Assembly (NCBI RefSeq): GCF_018398935.1
Contig: NZ_CP074694.1
Span: forward strand, 4,650,001 to 4,682,000
From: Telmatocola sphagniphila
Lineage (GTDB): Bacteria > Planctomycetota > Planctomycetia > Gemmatales > Gemmataceae
Reading direction: 5' to 3'
Length of the DNA: 32,000 nucleotides
The position numbers were made by a program, and so were the translations under genes. Position 1 is the stretch's first letter. Each line of letters starts with the position of its first letter. The notes below the pieces were generated by a model. It was not told the origin of the DNA. It saw only the letters and a program-made list of their open reading frames with translations, and searched no databases. Shown in pieces: positions 1 through 8,448 of this stretch.

Positions 1-2301
1 AAAATTCGGCCGGTGTTGATTGCCGAGTGCTATTCCTGCCATGCGGCGGACGCCAAGAAAATCAAAGGCGGCTTGCTGCTCGATACTCGCGAAGCTACCC
101 GCAAGGGCGGCGATACCGGCCCGGCCGTGGTTCCAGGCGATTTGAATAAAAGCCTGCTGATCAAAGCCATTCGCTATAACGATGAGCATTTGCAAATGCC
201 GCCCAAAAACAAGCTCTCTCCCGATGTGGTCCAGGATTTTGAAACCTGGGTGAAAATGGGAGCGCCCGATCCGCGCGATGGGGGAGCGAAAGCTGCCCGA
301 ACGGAAATCGACATCGAAAAAGGCCGGCAGTTCTGGTCCTTCCAGCCGCCGAAAAAATCAGCGGCTCCCCAGGTCAAGGATTCGCAATGGGCGAAAGAGG
401 ATTTAGATCGGTTCGTACTGGCCGGGCTGGAAGCCAAGGGGCTGAAGCCGGTGGCGGATGCCGAACCGGCCACGCTGTTTCGCCGCTTGCATCTGGATCT
501 AACCGGGTTGCCGCCCGCGCCGGAGCAGGTGAACGCATTCCTGGAGGCTTATGCGTCGAAACCGCAGGCCACGCTGGAAAAGACGGTCGATGAGCTGTTG
601 AACTCCCGGCACTTCGGGGAACGTTGGGCCCGGCACTGGCTGGATGTCGCCCGATACGCCGAATCGACCGGCAAATCGGTGAATATCAACTATCCCTTCG
701 CCTGGCGCTATCGGGATTATGTGATCGAGGCTTTCAACGCCGACAAGCCGTACGATCAGTTCATTCGCGAGCAGATCGCGGGCGATCTCCTTCCCGCGAC
801 CGACGAGAAAGACAAAGCCCGCAAGACCGTGGCCACCGGGTTTCTGGCCCTTGGCACCAAAACGCTGAATGAAAGGAACCGCCTGCAATTCGAACTCGAT
901 GTCGTCGACGAGCAGATTGACGTCGTGACGCAGACTTTCCTCGGAATTACCGCGGCCTGTGCCCGCTGCCACGATCACAAATTCGATCCCATTCCCAGCA
1001 AGGACTACTACGCTCTGGCGGGGATTTTCCGCAGCACGGAAACCTGCTACGGAACTGTCACACTCATTCAGGCCCGTTATCCGTCTGCCTTGATTCAACT
1101 CCCCGCGAGTGTCGATCTTCCCTCCGGTTTGCCGCCGTTGAGCAAAAGCGAACGAGAGACTATAGAGAAGCAAATCAAGGATTTTCGGGCCGATCTCGGC
1201 AAGGGCCCGCTCGAGCCGGCCACTCTCCGGGCTCGAACGCAAATCGCGCTACTGGAAGCGAAGCTGGCGATGTATGAAAAGGACGGGACACCCAAGAAGC
1301 AGGCCATGGGCGTTCGCGAAAAATTCCGAACGGTGGACAGCCCGGTTTATAGTCGCGGTGAACCGGAACATCCGGCGGAAGTCGTCCATCGGGGCGTGCT
1401 ACAAGTTGTCAGCAAAAGTATGCCGACCATTCAAAAAGGAAGCGGCCGTAAAGAATTGGCCGATTGGATCGCTTCCTCCGATAATCCGCTGACGGCCCGC
1501 GTCTATGTCAATCGCATCTGGCTGCATCTCTTCGGACGCGGCCTCGTCACCACCTCCGATAATTTTGGGGCTACCGGTCAGGCGCCGAGTAATCCGGAAT
1601 TGCTCGATTACCTGGCCCTGCGCTTCATTAAGGAAGGCTGGAGCACCAAGAAGCTGATCCGCGAACTGGTGTTGAGCCATACTTATCAACTGTCCAGCAA
1701 GTTCGACGCGAAAAATTACGACCTCGATCCCGATAACGTGCTGCTCTGGCGGATGACGCCGGCCCGGCTCGATGCCGAAGTACTCCGGGATGCGATGCTG
1801 ACGGCCAGCGGTTTAATCCAACTGGCACCACCGCAGGACTCTCCTACGGCCCGCGCCGGGGAAGGTTTCGCCATCGCTCGGAGACCGGGAATTTTGGGAG
1901 TGCAGGGACAGAACGATTCCCACCGTTCGATTTATCTGCCGATCATTCGCGACAATTTGCCGGAGCCCTTAGCACTGTTCGATGCCGCGGATGCGAGCAT
2001 CGTAGTCGGCGAACGGGCGAACACGACCGTCCCGGCGCAGGCTCTTTTTCTGATGAACAGTCCTTTCATGATCCGGCAATCGGAAGCTCTGGGGGATCGT
2101 CTGCTCGCGGCCAGCACGACTGACAGCGATCGGATTCGCCAGGCTTATCTGATGCTGTTCAATCGCTTGCCCAACGAAAAAGAAATGGCCTCGGCCGAGG
2201 AATTCATCCAACAGTACGGGAAGTCAAAGAAAGCTCGAACCACCTGGGCGGCTTTTTCTCAGGCGATGTTGGGTTCGGCCGAGTTTTTGATGCGAAACTA
2301 G
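1..2301 (+). CDS. PSCyt/DUF1549/DUF1553-family protein with a planctomycete cytochrome-c-like N-terminus; 5' end cut by the window edge
   Basis: The frame is open from nt 1, and the listed ORF 13..2301 merely begins at an internal GTG. There is a CYSCH (CxxCH) motif near the N-terminus. Further motifs are HFGERWARHWLDVARYAES (DUF1549-type), CARCHDHKFDP and RIWLHLFGRGLVTTSDNFG (DUF1553-type). Its usual DUF1501 partner follows 22 nt downstream. Confidence 0.85.
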   Translation, partial: KIRPVLIAECYSCHAADAKKIKGGLLLDTREATRKGGDTGPAVVPGDLNKSLLIKAIRYNDEHLQMPPKNKLSPDVVQDFETWVKMGAPDPRDGGAKAARTEIDIEKGRQFWSFQPPKKSAAPQVKDSQWAKEDLDRFVLAGLEAKGLKPVADAEPATLFRRLHLDLTGLPPAPEQVNAFLEAYASKPQATLEKTVDELLNSRHFGERWARHWLDVARYAESTGKSVNINYPFAWRYRDYVIEAFNADKPYDQFIREQIAGDLLPATDEKDKARKTVATGFLALGTKTLNERNRLQFELDVVDEQIDVVTQTFLGITAACARCHDHKFDPIPSKDYYALAGIFRSTETCYGTVTLIQARYPSALIQLPASVDLPSGLPPLSKSERETIEKQIKDFRADLGKGPLEPATLRARTQIALLEAKLAMYEKDGTPKKQAMGVREKFRTVDSPVYSRGEPEHPAEVVHRGVLQVVSKSMPTIQKGSGRKELADWIASSDNPLTARVYVNRIWLHLFGRGLVTTSDNFGATGQAPSNPELLDYLALRFIKEGWSTKKLIRELVLSHTYQLSSKFDAKNYDLDPDNVLLWRMTPARLDAEVLRDAMLTASGLIQLAPPQDSPTARAGEGFAIARRPGILGVQGQNDSHRSIYLPIIRDNLPEPLALFDAADASIVVGERANTTVPAQALFLMNSPFMIRQSEALGDRLLAASTTDSDRIRQAYLMLFNRLPNEKEMASAEEFIQQYGKSKKARTTWAAFSQAMLGSAEFLMRN

Positions 2302-2323
2302 AGGCCTTGCGGGAGAATCGACG

Positions 2324-3700
2324 ATGTTCCTGAATCGACGGACGCTATTACAGACCACCGCCAGCGGCTTCGGATATATGGCTTTTTCGGCGCTGGCCGC
2401 GCAAGCATCGGCAAAGGACAACAAGAATCCTCTCGCCCCGAAGTCGCCGCACTTCACGCCTAAGGCCAAGCATGTGATTTTCCTCTGCATGGACGGCGGT
2501 CCTTCGCACGTCGACACCTTCGACTACAAGCCGAAGTTGCAGTCCGATGACGGCAAGCCCTACAGCCGCGGCCGCTTCAACGGCGCCAAACTGCTCGGTT
2601 CCCCCTGGAAGTTCAAAAAAAGCGGACAGAGCGGGCAGATGATTTCCGAACTCTTTCCGCATCTCGCCCAGCAGGCCGACGATCTGTGCATACTCAACGG
2701 TATGCATACCGATATTCCCAATCACCCGCAGGCATTTTTGCAGATGCACTGCGGCATCTTCCAGTTTCCAAGACCTAGCCTCGGTTCCTGGGTGCTGTAC
2801 GGGTTGGGCACGGAAAACGAGAATCTGCCTGGATTCATTACAATTGCTCCACCGCCTACCAATGGTGGACCAGCGAACTACGGAGCCTCGTTTCTGCCGG
2901 CCGTTTATCAGGGTACGAAGATCGCCGGGAATGGCCCGCGGCAGTTCGGCGAGGACGCCAAAGTCGCCAACATCGAGAACTCCAAACAATCGGTCTTCGC
3001 TCAACGGCAGCAACTCGATTTTCTGCAATCGCTAAATCGCAACGCACTCGATCAGATGGGTCCGAACCCCAACATCGAAGGCCTCATTGAATCGTACGAA
3101 CTCGGTTTTCGCATGCAGGCCGAGTTGCCCAAGGTGATGGATACCAAGAACGAATCACAGGAAACCTTGAAGCGTTATGGCATCGGTGAAGCGGAAACCA
3201 ATGTCTTCGGCAAACAGTGCCTGATCGCCCGCAAGATGGTCGAAGCGGGGGTTCGCTTCGTGGAAGTGACCAAGCCCGCCTGGGATCAGCACCGAAACTT
3301 GAAGAACGATCTGGCGGCGAATTGTCACGCGGTCGATCAACCGGCGGCCGCTTTGATTGCCGACTTGAAAGCTAGAGGATTACTGAAAGATACCCTGGTG
3401 ATCTGGGGCGGCGAGTTTGGCCGTACTCCGGCCGCGCAGGGGAACGATGGCCGGGATCACAACTCGAAGGGTTACAGCATGTGGATGGCCGGGGGCGGCG
3501 TCAAAGGTGGCTTAACCTACGGCAAAACGGACGACTATGGCTTTGAGGCGGTCGAAGGAAAAGTTCACATCCACGATTGGCATGCGACGATACTGGCCCT
3601 GCTGGGATTGGACCACGAGAAATTGACCTGTCGCTACGCCGGGCGGGAAATGCGACTGACCGATACCAAGGGAACGGTAGTGAAAGCCATCATGACCTGA
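2324..3700 (+). CDS. DUF1501-family protein (sulfatase/alkaline-phosphatase-like fold) with a Tat-type signal
   Basis: ATG at 2324 with GGGAGA 8 nt upstream. N-terminus MFLNRRTLLQTTASGFG...AAQASA has a twin-Arg-like signal. Core motifs are CMDGGPSHVDTFDYKP, WGGEFGRTP and GRDHN. Confidence 0.85.
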   Translation: MFLNRRTLLQTTASGFGYMAFSALAAQASAKDNKNPLAPKSPHFTPKAKHVIFLCMDGGPSHVDTFDYKPKLQSDDGKPYSRGRFNGAKLLGSPWKFKKSGQSGQMISELFPHLAQQADDLCILNGMHTDIPNHPQAFLQMHCGIFQFPRPSLGSWVLYGLGTENENLPGFITIAPPPTNGGPANYGASFLPAVYQGTKIAGNGPRQFGEDAKVANIENSKQSVFAQRQQLDFLQSLNRNALDQMGPNPNIEGLIESYELGFRMQAELPKVMDTKNESQETLKRYGIGEAETNVFGKQCLIARKMVEAGVRFVEVTKPAWDQHRNLKNDLAANCHAVDQPAAALIADLKARGLLKDTLVIWGGEFGRTPAAQGNDGRDHNSKGYSMWMAGGGVKGGLTYGKTDDYGFEAVEGKVHIHDWHATILALLGLDHEKLTCRYAGREMRLTDTKGTVVKAIMT

Positions 3701-3710
3701 CTATTAGCGG

Positions 3711-3764
3711 CGCATCGCTAGATGCGTTAGCACAAAACGCATCTCCGGAAACCCTCCGATGCGT
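3711..3764. terminator. Two adjacent hairpins between convergent genes; possible bidirectional terminator
   Basis: Hairpin 1 is CGCATC-gcta-GATGCG (3711-3726). Hairpin 2 is ACGCATC-14 nt loop-GATGCGT (3737-3764). Both stems reuse the same CGCATC/GATGCG word. There is no clear U-tract. Confidence 0.3.
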
Positions 3765-3810
3765 CGCTAATAAAAACGCGAGTCGCTAATAAAACGAGAG
3801 TCGCTAATAA
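3763..3810. repeat. Three direct copies of GTCGCTAATAA spaced 19 and 18 bp apart
   Basis: Copies lie at 3763-3773, 3782-3792 and 3800-3810. A near-inverted copy, cTATTAGCG, lies at 3701-3709. The last copy abuts the stop codon of the minus-strand gene at 3811. Confidence 0.6.
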
Positions 3811-4569
3811 TCAGCCGGCAATCAGCATGATCAGAGACATCGCCAGCATCAGACCATCTTCGATGATGGTCACGTAACTCATCGGTAGATTGAAAACCGT
3901 CCCCAGGCAGGCGCAGCGAATCTTCTTTTTATTCAGCACCGTTTGCAGCACACCCACCAGACTAATCGCCATCACGAAAAACGTGATCAGATTCACATTC
4001 ACCGGAGTTATGGGCGTATCGGCCAGGTAAGCCAAGCCTAACCCGAGTTCTATGAACGGATAAACAAATCCGTATGCGTAAATTCGATGAGCTACGATAT
4101 CGTACCCGGCATAGGCATCGGCGAACGCTCGCAGATTCAGCAATTTAAAGAAGGAAAAGACCAGAAAGAACCCGGCCATGAAATTCCGCATAGCCCGCAT
4201 CGGCTGCCAGTGACCGGCAGCAACTTCCAGCGCCGCTACACCGAGGAGCAGATAGCCGAGAATGAGAATTAGCGGCAAATAGGTCTTTGCTCCCGGTTCA
4301 GGCAAGGCAGGCGCTACGGGTGTGACGGCTTCGGAAACCATCCCCAACGACAGGGAAGTTGGTAATTCCTTGAGCACCGCATAACCGGCGGCGCTGACTC
4401 GCTCAGGGACCTGAGCCAGGACGCTCTCGTCCCCTTCGACAGTTAATGTTTTCTGGGTCGAATCGACATCTGCCGACCAACTTTTTAGCCCGGGCAGACT
4501 TTCGAGATGCGGCTTCAAGGTCGAGACGCATCCGGCACAACGCAGATTGGTTTGGTATTTTCGGATCAT
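3811..4569 (-). CDS. Membrane protein: N-terminal HMA-like metal-binding domain fused to a MauE/DoxX-like multi-pass domain
   Basis: ATG at 4569. The N-terminal ~65 aa read LRCAGCVSTLKPHLESLPGLKSWSADV...TLTVEG, a CxxC in an HMA-like context. Several hydrophobic helices follow, with the RCACLGTVF cysteine motif typical of MauE-type proteins. Confidence 0.65.
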   Translation of the reverse strand: MIRKYQTNLRCAGCVSTLKPHLESLPGLKSWSADVDSTQKTLTVEGDESVLAQVPERVSAAGYAVLKELPTSLSLGMVSEAVTPVAPALPEPGAKTYLPLILILGYLLLGVAALEVAAGHWQPMRAMRNFMAGFFLVFSFFKLLNLRAFADAYAGYDIVAHRIYAYGFVYPFIELGLGLAYLADTPITPVNVNLITFFVMAISLVGVLQTVLNKKKIRCACLGTVFNLPMSYVTIIEDGLMLAMSLIMLIAG

Positions 4570-4587
4570 ACTGTCATTCTACGCCGA

Positions 4588-5670
4588 TTAGCGTTGAACG
4601 CGAGCAGATCCACCTTTGGCGAAGGCTTCCACTTCCTCGAGTTTCGCCATGGTGACGTCGCCGGGGAAAGTGGTGAGCAAGGCTCCGTGAGCCCAGCCGA
4701 GCCGCAGGGCTTCCTCGGGCGAACGGCCCGTGATCAAACCATAGATCAGACCGGCCGCAAAGCCATCGCCACCGCCGATGCGGTCGTGAACGTCCAGGTG
4801 CGTTGTCGGACTGATGTAGCGATGCCCATTGAGCCAGACGACTGCAGCCCACTCGTGGCGATTGGTGGAATGAACTTCTCGAAGGGTGGTGGCCACGCCT
4901 TTGATGTTAGGGTATTTGTGAACCACGCCGTCTATGGACTTGAAGAAAACCTCAGGATCGAGTTTCGAGGTTGCATGGACATCCGGCCCGGTGATCCCAA
5001 GACCTTTTTGCAAATCCTCTTCGTTACCGATCAGCACATCGACATTTTCGACAATTCGGCCCATAACCTCATGCGTTCTTTTCAGGCCTCCGATGGCGGC
5101 CCAGAGTTTGGCCCGGTAATTCAAGTCGAACGAGACGATCGCCCCGGCGGCCTTGGCGGCCTGCATGCCTTCGATAATCAGTTCCGCGGTGGTCTCCGAA
5201 AGGGCCGCGAAAATGCCACCCGAGTGGAACCAGCGAACGCCGCTGGCGAAGATCTTTTTCCAGTCGAAGTCGCCGGGCTTGAGCAACGAGCCGGCTTCGT
5301 TGGATCGGTTGTAGAAGACGACCGGCGCTCGAACGCCGAGACCGCGGTCGCTGTAGACGGTGGCGATGTTGGGGCCGCGCACGCCGTCATGGTCGAACCA
5401 TTTGTAGAACGGGGTTACGCCGGCTTCGCGAACGCGGGCCTGCACCAGTTCGCCGATGGGATACTTCACCATGGCGGTGGCGACGCCGGTCTTCAGGCCG
5501 AAGCAGTCGGCCAGATTGGCCGAGACGTTGTATTCACCGCCGGAGACGTGAATATCGAAAGAACGGGCTTTGCGAAACGGAATCAGACCCGGGTCGAGCC
5601 GGTGAACTAAAGCCCCTAGAGAGAGAAAATCGAGTTCGCAAGCATCGGTCCGGATATTCAGTGAGTTCAT
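4588..5670 (-). CDS. PfkB-family sugar kinase, 2-dehydro-3-deoxygluconokinase-like
   Basis: ATG at 5670, 360 aa. C-terminal GGGDGFAAGLIYGL matches the PfkB signature-2 region. Overall length and the N-terminal LSLGALVHRLDPG layout resemble KdgK-type members. Substrate is not certain. Confidence 0.75.
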   Translation of the reverse strand: MNSLNIRTDACELDFLSLGALVHRLDPGLIPFRKARSFDIHVSGGEYNVSANLADCFGLKTGVATAMVKYPIGELVQARVREAGVTPFYKWFDHDGVRGPNIATVYSDRGLGVRAPVVFYNRSNEAGSLLKPGDFDWKKIFASGVRWFHSGGIFAALSETTAELIIEGMQAAKAAGAIVSFDLNYRAKLWAAIGGLKRTHEVMGRIVENVDVLIGNEEDLQKGLGITGPDVHATSKLDPEVFFKSIDGVVHKYPNIKGVATTLREVHSTNRHEWAAVVWLNGHRYISPTTHLDVHDRIGGGDGFAAGLIYGLITGRSPEEALRLGWAHGALLTTFPGDVTMAKLEEVEAFAKGGSARVQR

Positions 5671-5782
5671 GGTTATCTCGAGAAATCAGCCAACGGATTA
5701 CCAGCCGTTCGTGGCGAAATTATAGCCGAAGATTGGTATAAGCCCAGACCAGTGGGAGCCCGGAAGACTCCCTTCGGGCCAC

Positions 5783-7117
5783 TTAGAGAATGAATTTGCT
5801 CAAATCTTCGCGTTTGACGATTTCACCCAGTCGGCTTTGCACATAAGCGGCATCGATCACCACCCTTTTATCGGTCAGGTCGGAACCTTCGAAGCTGATT
5901 TCTTCGACGACACGCTCCAGAATCGTGTGCAAACGGCGGGCGCCGATGTTCTGGTGGGTGCGGTTGACTTCGTAAGCGATCTCGGCCAGGGCTTCGATGC
6001 CATCCTGGGTAAATTCGAGTTGAACGCCTTCGGTACCGAGCAGTTGAGCATACTGTTTCGTGAGAGCATGCTTCGGCTCGGTCAGAATCCGCAGAAAATC
6101 GTCGCGGGTGAGATCGGTCAGTTCCACGCGAATGGGGAAGCGGCCCTGAAGTTCGGGCATCAGATCGGCCGGCTTGGAGACGTGAAACGCCCCCGCCGCC
6201 ATGAAGAGAATGTGATCGGTGCGGACCGCGCCGTTTCGGGTGCTGACCGTCGTCCCTTCCACCACGGGCAACAAGTCACGCTGCACCCCCTGTCGAGAGA
6301 CATCGGGGCCATGGGAGGAGGAAGGACCGCAGACTTTATCGATTTCGTCGATGAAGATGATGCCCGAATTCTCGGCCAGATCGATGGCCTTTTCGTTAAC
6401 CGAAGTCCTGTCGATCAGAGCTTCGGTTTCCTGTTCCATGAGTACTTTGCGAGCTTCCGCCACCGTGAGGGTGCGATTCTGGGTGCCCTTGGGCATCATC
6501 TTTTCGAACATGTTCTGCAGATCGACATCCATCGATTCCATGCCCATATTGGAGAAAACCTGCACGGGCACCATCTTCTGTTCGATGGACAGCTCGACCG
6601 TTTTCTCCTCGTATTCCCCGGCCAGTAGTTTCGCTTTGAATTTTTCGCGCGTCCGCTTTCTTCGCTCGGTCTCCTCGCTGGTTTCCTCCGGGTCATAGCG
6701 TTTATCGTCGGGGAAGAGGAGATCTAACAATCTTTCGGTGACCTTTTCCTCCGCGCGGACTTTGACCTGTTCGCGCTGCTGCTGCTTGACCAGATTGATG
6801 GCGGCGTCGAGCAGATCGCGAACCATGCTCTCGACATCCCGACCGTGATAGCCGACTTCGGTATACTTGGTGGCTTCGACTTTGACGAACGGGGCACCGA
6901 TCAACTGAGCTAGACGGCGGGCGATTTCCGTTTTACCCACACCCGTCGGCCCGATCATGATGATATTTTTGGGGGTGACGTCTTTTCGAAGTTCCGGGGC
7001 CAGCTGCTGTCGGCGCCAGCGGTTGCGAATGGCCACGGCCACTGCTTTTTTGGCCGCCGGTTGACCGACGATGTATTTGTCCAATTCGGCGACTATCTGT
7101 CTTGGCGTAAGATCCAT
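5783..7117 (-). CDS. hslU: ATP-dependent protease ATPase subunit HslU
   Basis: MDLTPRQIVAELDKYIVGQPAAKKAVAVAIRNRWRR, Walker A GPTGVGKTEIARRLA and Walker B IIFIDEIDK. The ATG at 7117 is preferred over the listed TTG at 7129. Confidence 0.95.
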   Translation of the reverse strand: MDLTPRQIVAELDKYIVGQPAAKKAVAVAIRNRWRRQQLAPELRKDVTPKNIIMIGPTGVGKTEIARRLAQLIGAPFVKVEATKYTEVGYHGRDVESMVRDLLDAAINLVKQQQREQVKVRAEEKVTERLLDLLFPDDKRYDPEETSEETERRKRTREKFKAKLLAGEYEEKTVELSIEQKMVPVQVFSNMGMESMDVDLQNMFEKMMPKGTQNRTLTVAEARKVLMEQETEALIDRTSVNEKAIDLAENSGIIFIDEIDKVCGPSSSHGPDVSRQGVQRDLLPVVEGTTVSTRNGAVRTDHILFMAAGAFHVSKPADLMPELQGRFPIRVELTDLTRDDFLRILTEPKHALTKQYAQLLGTEGVQLEFTQDGIEALAEIAYEVNRTHQNIGARRLHTILERVVEEISFEGSDLTDKRVVIDAAYVQSRLGEIVKREDLSKFIL

Positions 7118-7125
7118 TGAAATTC

Positions 7126-7332
7126 TCAAAGAGTTTCGACCAGGGCTTTTTCCGCAGCTTCCTGCTTGCGCAGTTCTTCCAAAATCTGTTCCGGGGTGAG
7201 CCAGATCACTTCGCCTTTTCCGGGCCCGGCTACCGGAACGCTCTGGCCCAGTAGGGCGCTGCGCCGCAGAACATCTCGAATCGCACGCTGCGCGGCCTGC
7301 GTATAGGCCCGACCTTCAGGACTTTGGTTCAT
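7126..7332 (-). CDS. Hypothetical 68-aa protein; candidate partner or antitoxin of the upstream zeta-like kinase
   Basis: ATG at 7332 has AAGGAA about 8 nt upstream. The alternative ATG at 7365 has GAGG immediately adjacent, which is poor spacing. The ORF overlaps the 3' end of the zeta-like gene by 17 nt, and its stop lies 8 nt before the hslU ATG. I recognise no family. The product is MNQSPEGRAYTQAAQRAIRDVLRR...LTPEQILEELRKQEAAEKALVETL. Confidence 0.5.
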   Translation of the reverse strand: MNQSPEGRAYTQAAQRAIRDVLRRSALLGQSVPVAGPGKGEVIWLTPEQILEELRKQEAAEKALVETL

Positions 7333-7912
7333 ATCGGATTTCCTTTTGAAATCTTCCCCAGACATCCTCGTTTAGAACGTTTGGCATTGCACTACCAATT
7401 CCCTCGGCAATTGAGGCAGTATTAAGACCGCTGTTGTTGTAAACAAACCACCTGTCTGCCAGTGGCCGATAGTGATCCCAAAACAATTTCAAGCTTCGTT
7501 TGTATCGGCGGTGGATCGTTTCAGCTGGAATATCGTGGCCCCCCTGGCTCACCCGATACTGCACACGGGAAACCGCCAATTCCACCGATCCCGGCCAGAG
7601 GTAATGCAACAGTATTTCGTATCCTTCCGCTTTTAATTTCTGGATCAGAGGAATGTAGGATCTTCCCGAAAGAGTCGTCTCCACCGAAAAGTTGGCTCTC
7701 TTTTCCCTCAAGGCATTCAGCCATTCCACCAATATCCGGCCTGCTTCGAAGGCCACACTTTCCGGAAAGAAGCCATTGAGTCCTCGGGCGATCTGGTCGG
7801 CATTGACGAAAATCAGAGGCGGGGAAGATTTACCAATCAGTTCCGTGGCCGCGGATGATTTACCGGCTCCATTGATTCCACCCAGCAACACGAATAGCGG
7901 TTTCGTTGCCAT
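7316..7912 (-). CDS. Zeta-toxin-like / COG4185-type P-loop kinase (198 aa)
   Basis: Start [20 protein letters not shown] contains a Walker A motif. The block FSVETTLSG...GYEILLHYLWPGSVELAVSRVQYRVSQGGHDIPAETIHRRYKRS matches my recollection of the zeta toxin/COG4185 family. Its ATG (7912-7910) overlaps the hslV stop as TGATG. The listed 290-aa ORF (to 8188) is an upstream extension running out of frame through hslV and is rejected. Confidence 0.8.
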   Translation of the reverse strand: MATKPLFVLLGGINGAGKSSAATELIGKSSPPLIFVNADQIARGLNGFFPESVAFEAGRILVEWLNALREKRANFSVETTLSGRSYIPLIQKLKAEGYEILLHYLWPGSVELAVSRVQYRVSQGGHDIPAETIHRRYKRSLKLFWDHYRPLADRWFVYNNSGLNTASIAEGIGSAMPNVLNEDVWGRFQKEIRYEPKS

Positions 7913-8448
7913 CACTCCAGGGTCGTAACGCTGATGTTTTTGTTGGTGTAAATGCAGAGCTCGCCGGCAATCTCCATGGCCGCTTTCACGATCTGGCCCG
8001 CGTCTAACTTCGAATGTTGCATCAGCGCTCGGGCAGCCGCTAAGGCATAAGAGCCGCCGGAGCCGATCGCCAGGATGCCGTCGGTCGGTGCGATCACATC
8101 GCCGGTGCCCGATACCAACAACAAATGATCTTTGTCGAGCACGATGATCATCGCTTCGAGCCGGCGCAGGGCCCGGTCGGTACGCCAATCCTTGGCCAGT
8201 TCGGTCGCGGCCCGGGGGACTGATCCCTGATGATCCTTAAGTTTGGTTTCAAATCGCTCGAGTAGGGCAAAAGCATCCGCAGCGGCTCCGGCAAACCCCG
8301 CGAGGACCTTACCATCTAACAGTTTTCGCACCTTTAGAGCGTCATTTTTCATGACGATATTACCGAGCGTAACCTGCCCATCGCCCCCGATGGCGGATTT
8401 TCCGTCGCGTTTAACAGCCAAAATTGTGGTGGCGTGGATGCGATTCAC
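7912..8448 (-). CDS. hslV: ATP-dependent protease subunit HslV
   Basis: [39 protein letters not shown] and [14 protein letters not shown]. The GTG at 8448 has AGGAA 7 nt upstream and gives [10 protein letters not shown], resembling the short pro-sequence of Bacillus CodW-type HslV. The listed ATG at 8484 has no SD and would add 12 aa. Confidence 0.9.
   Translation of the reverse strand: MNRIHATTILAVKRDGKSAIGGDGQVTLGNIVMKNDALKVRKLLDGKVLAGFAGAAADAFALLERFETKLKDHQGSVPRAATELAKDWRTDRALRRLEAMIIVLDKDHLLLVSGTGDVIAPTDGILAIGSGGSYALAAARALMQHSKLDAGQIVKAAMEIAGELCIYTNKNISVTTLE

Noticed and set aside
3577-3789. ORF 3577..3789+ (70 aa), spanning the end of the DUF1501 gene and the structured intergenic region.
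   Set aside because: It is mostly out of frame within DUF1501 and then reads through the hairpin/repeat region. It has no start context or recognisable motifs.
5740-5782. Bulged hairpin (GCCCGAAG...CTTCCGGGC on the minus strand) just downstream of the hslU stop, considered as a terminator.
   Set aside because: The stem requires a bulge and no U-tract follows. It is plausible but not supportable from sequence alone, so it is not listed as a feature.
7913-8188. N-terminal 92 codons of the listed 290-aa ORF 7316..8188-, which would make a much larger zeta-like protein.
   Set aside because: This part runs out of frame through the hslV coding sequence and translates to Arg/Pro/Asp-rich sequence with no recognisable motif. 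The Walker A motif begins right after the internal ATG at 7912, which is coupled to the hslV stop.
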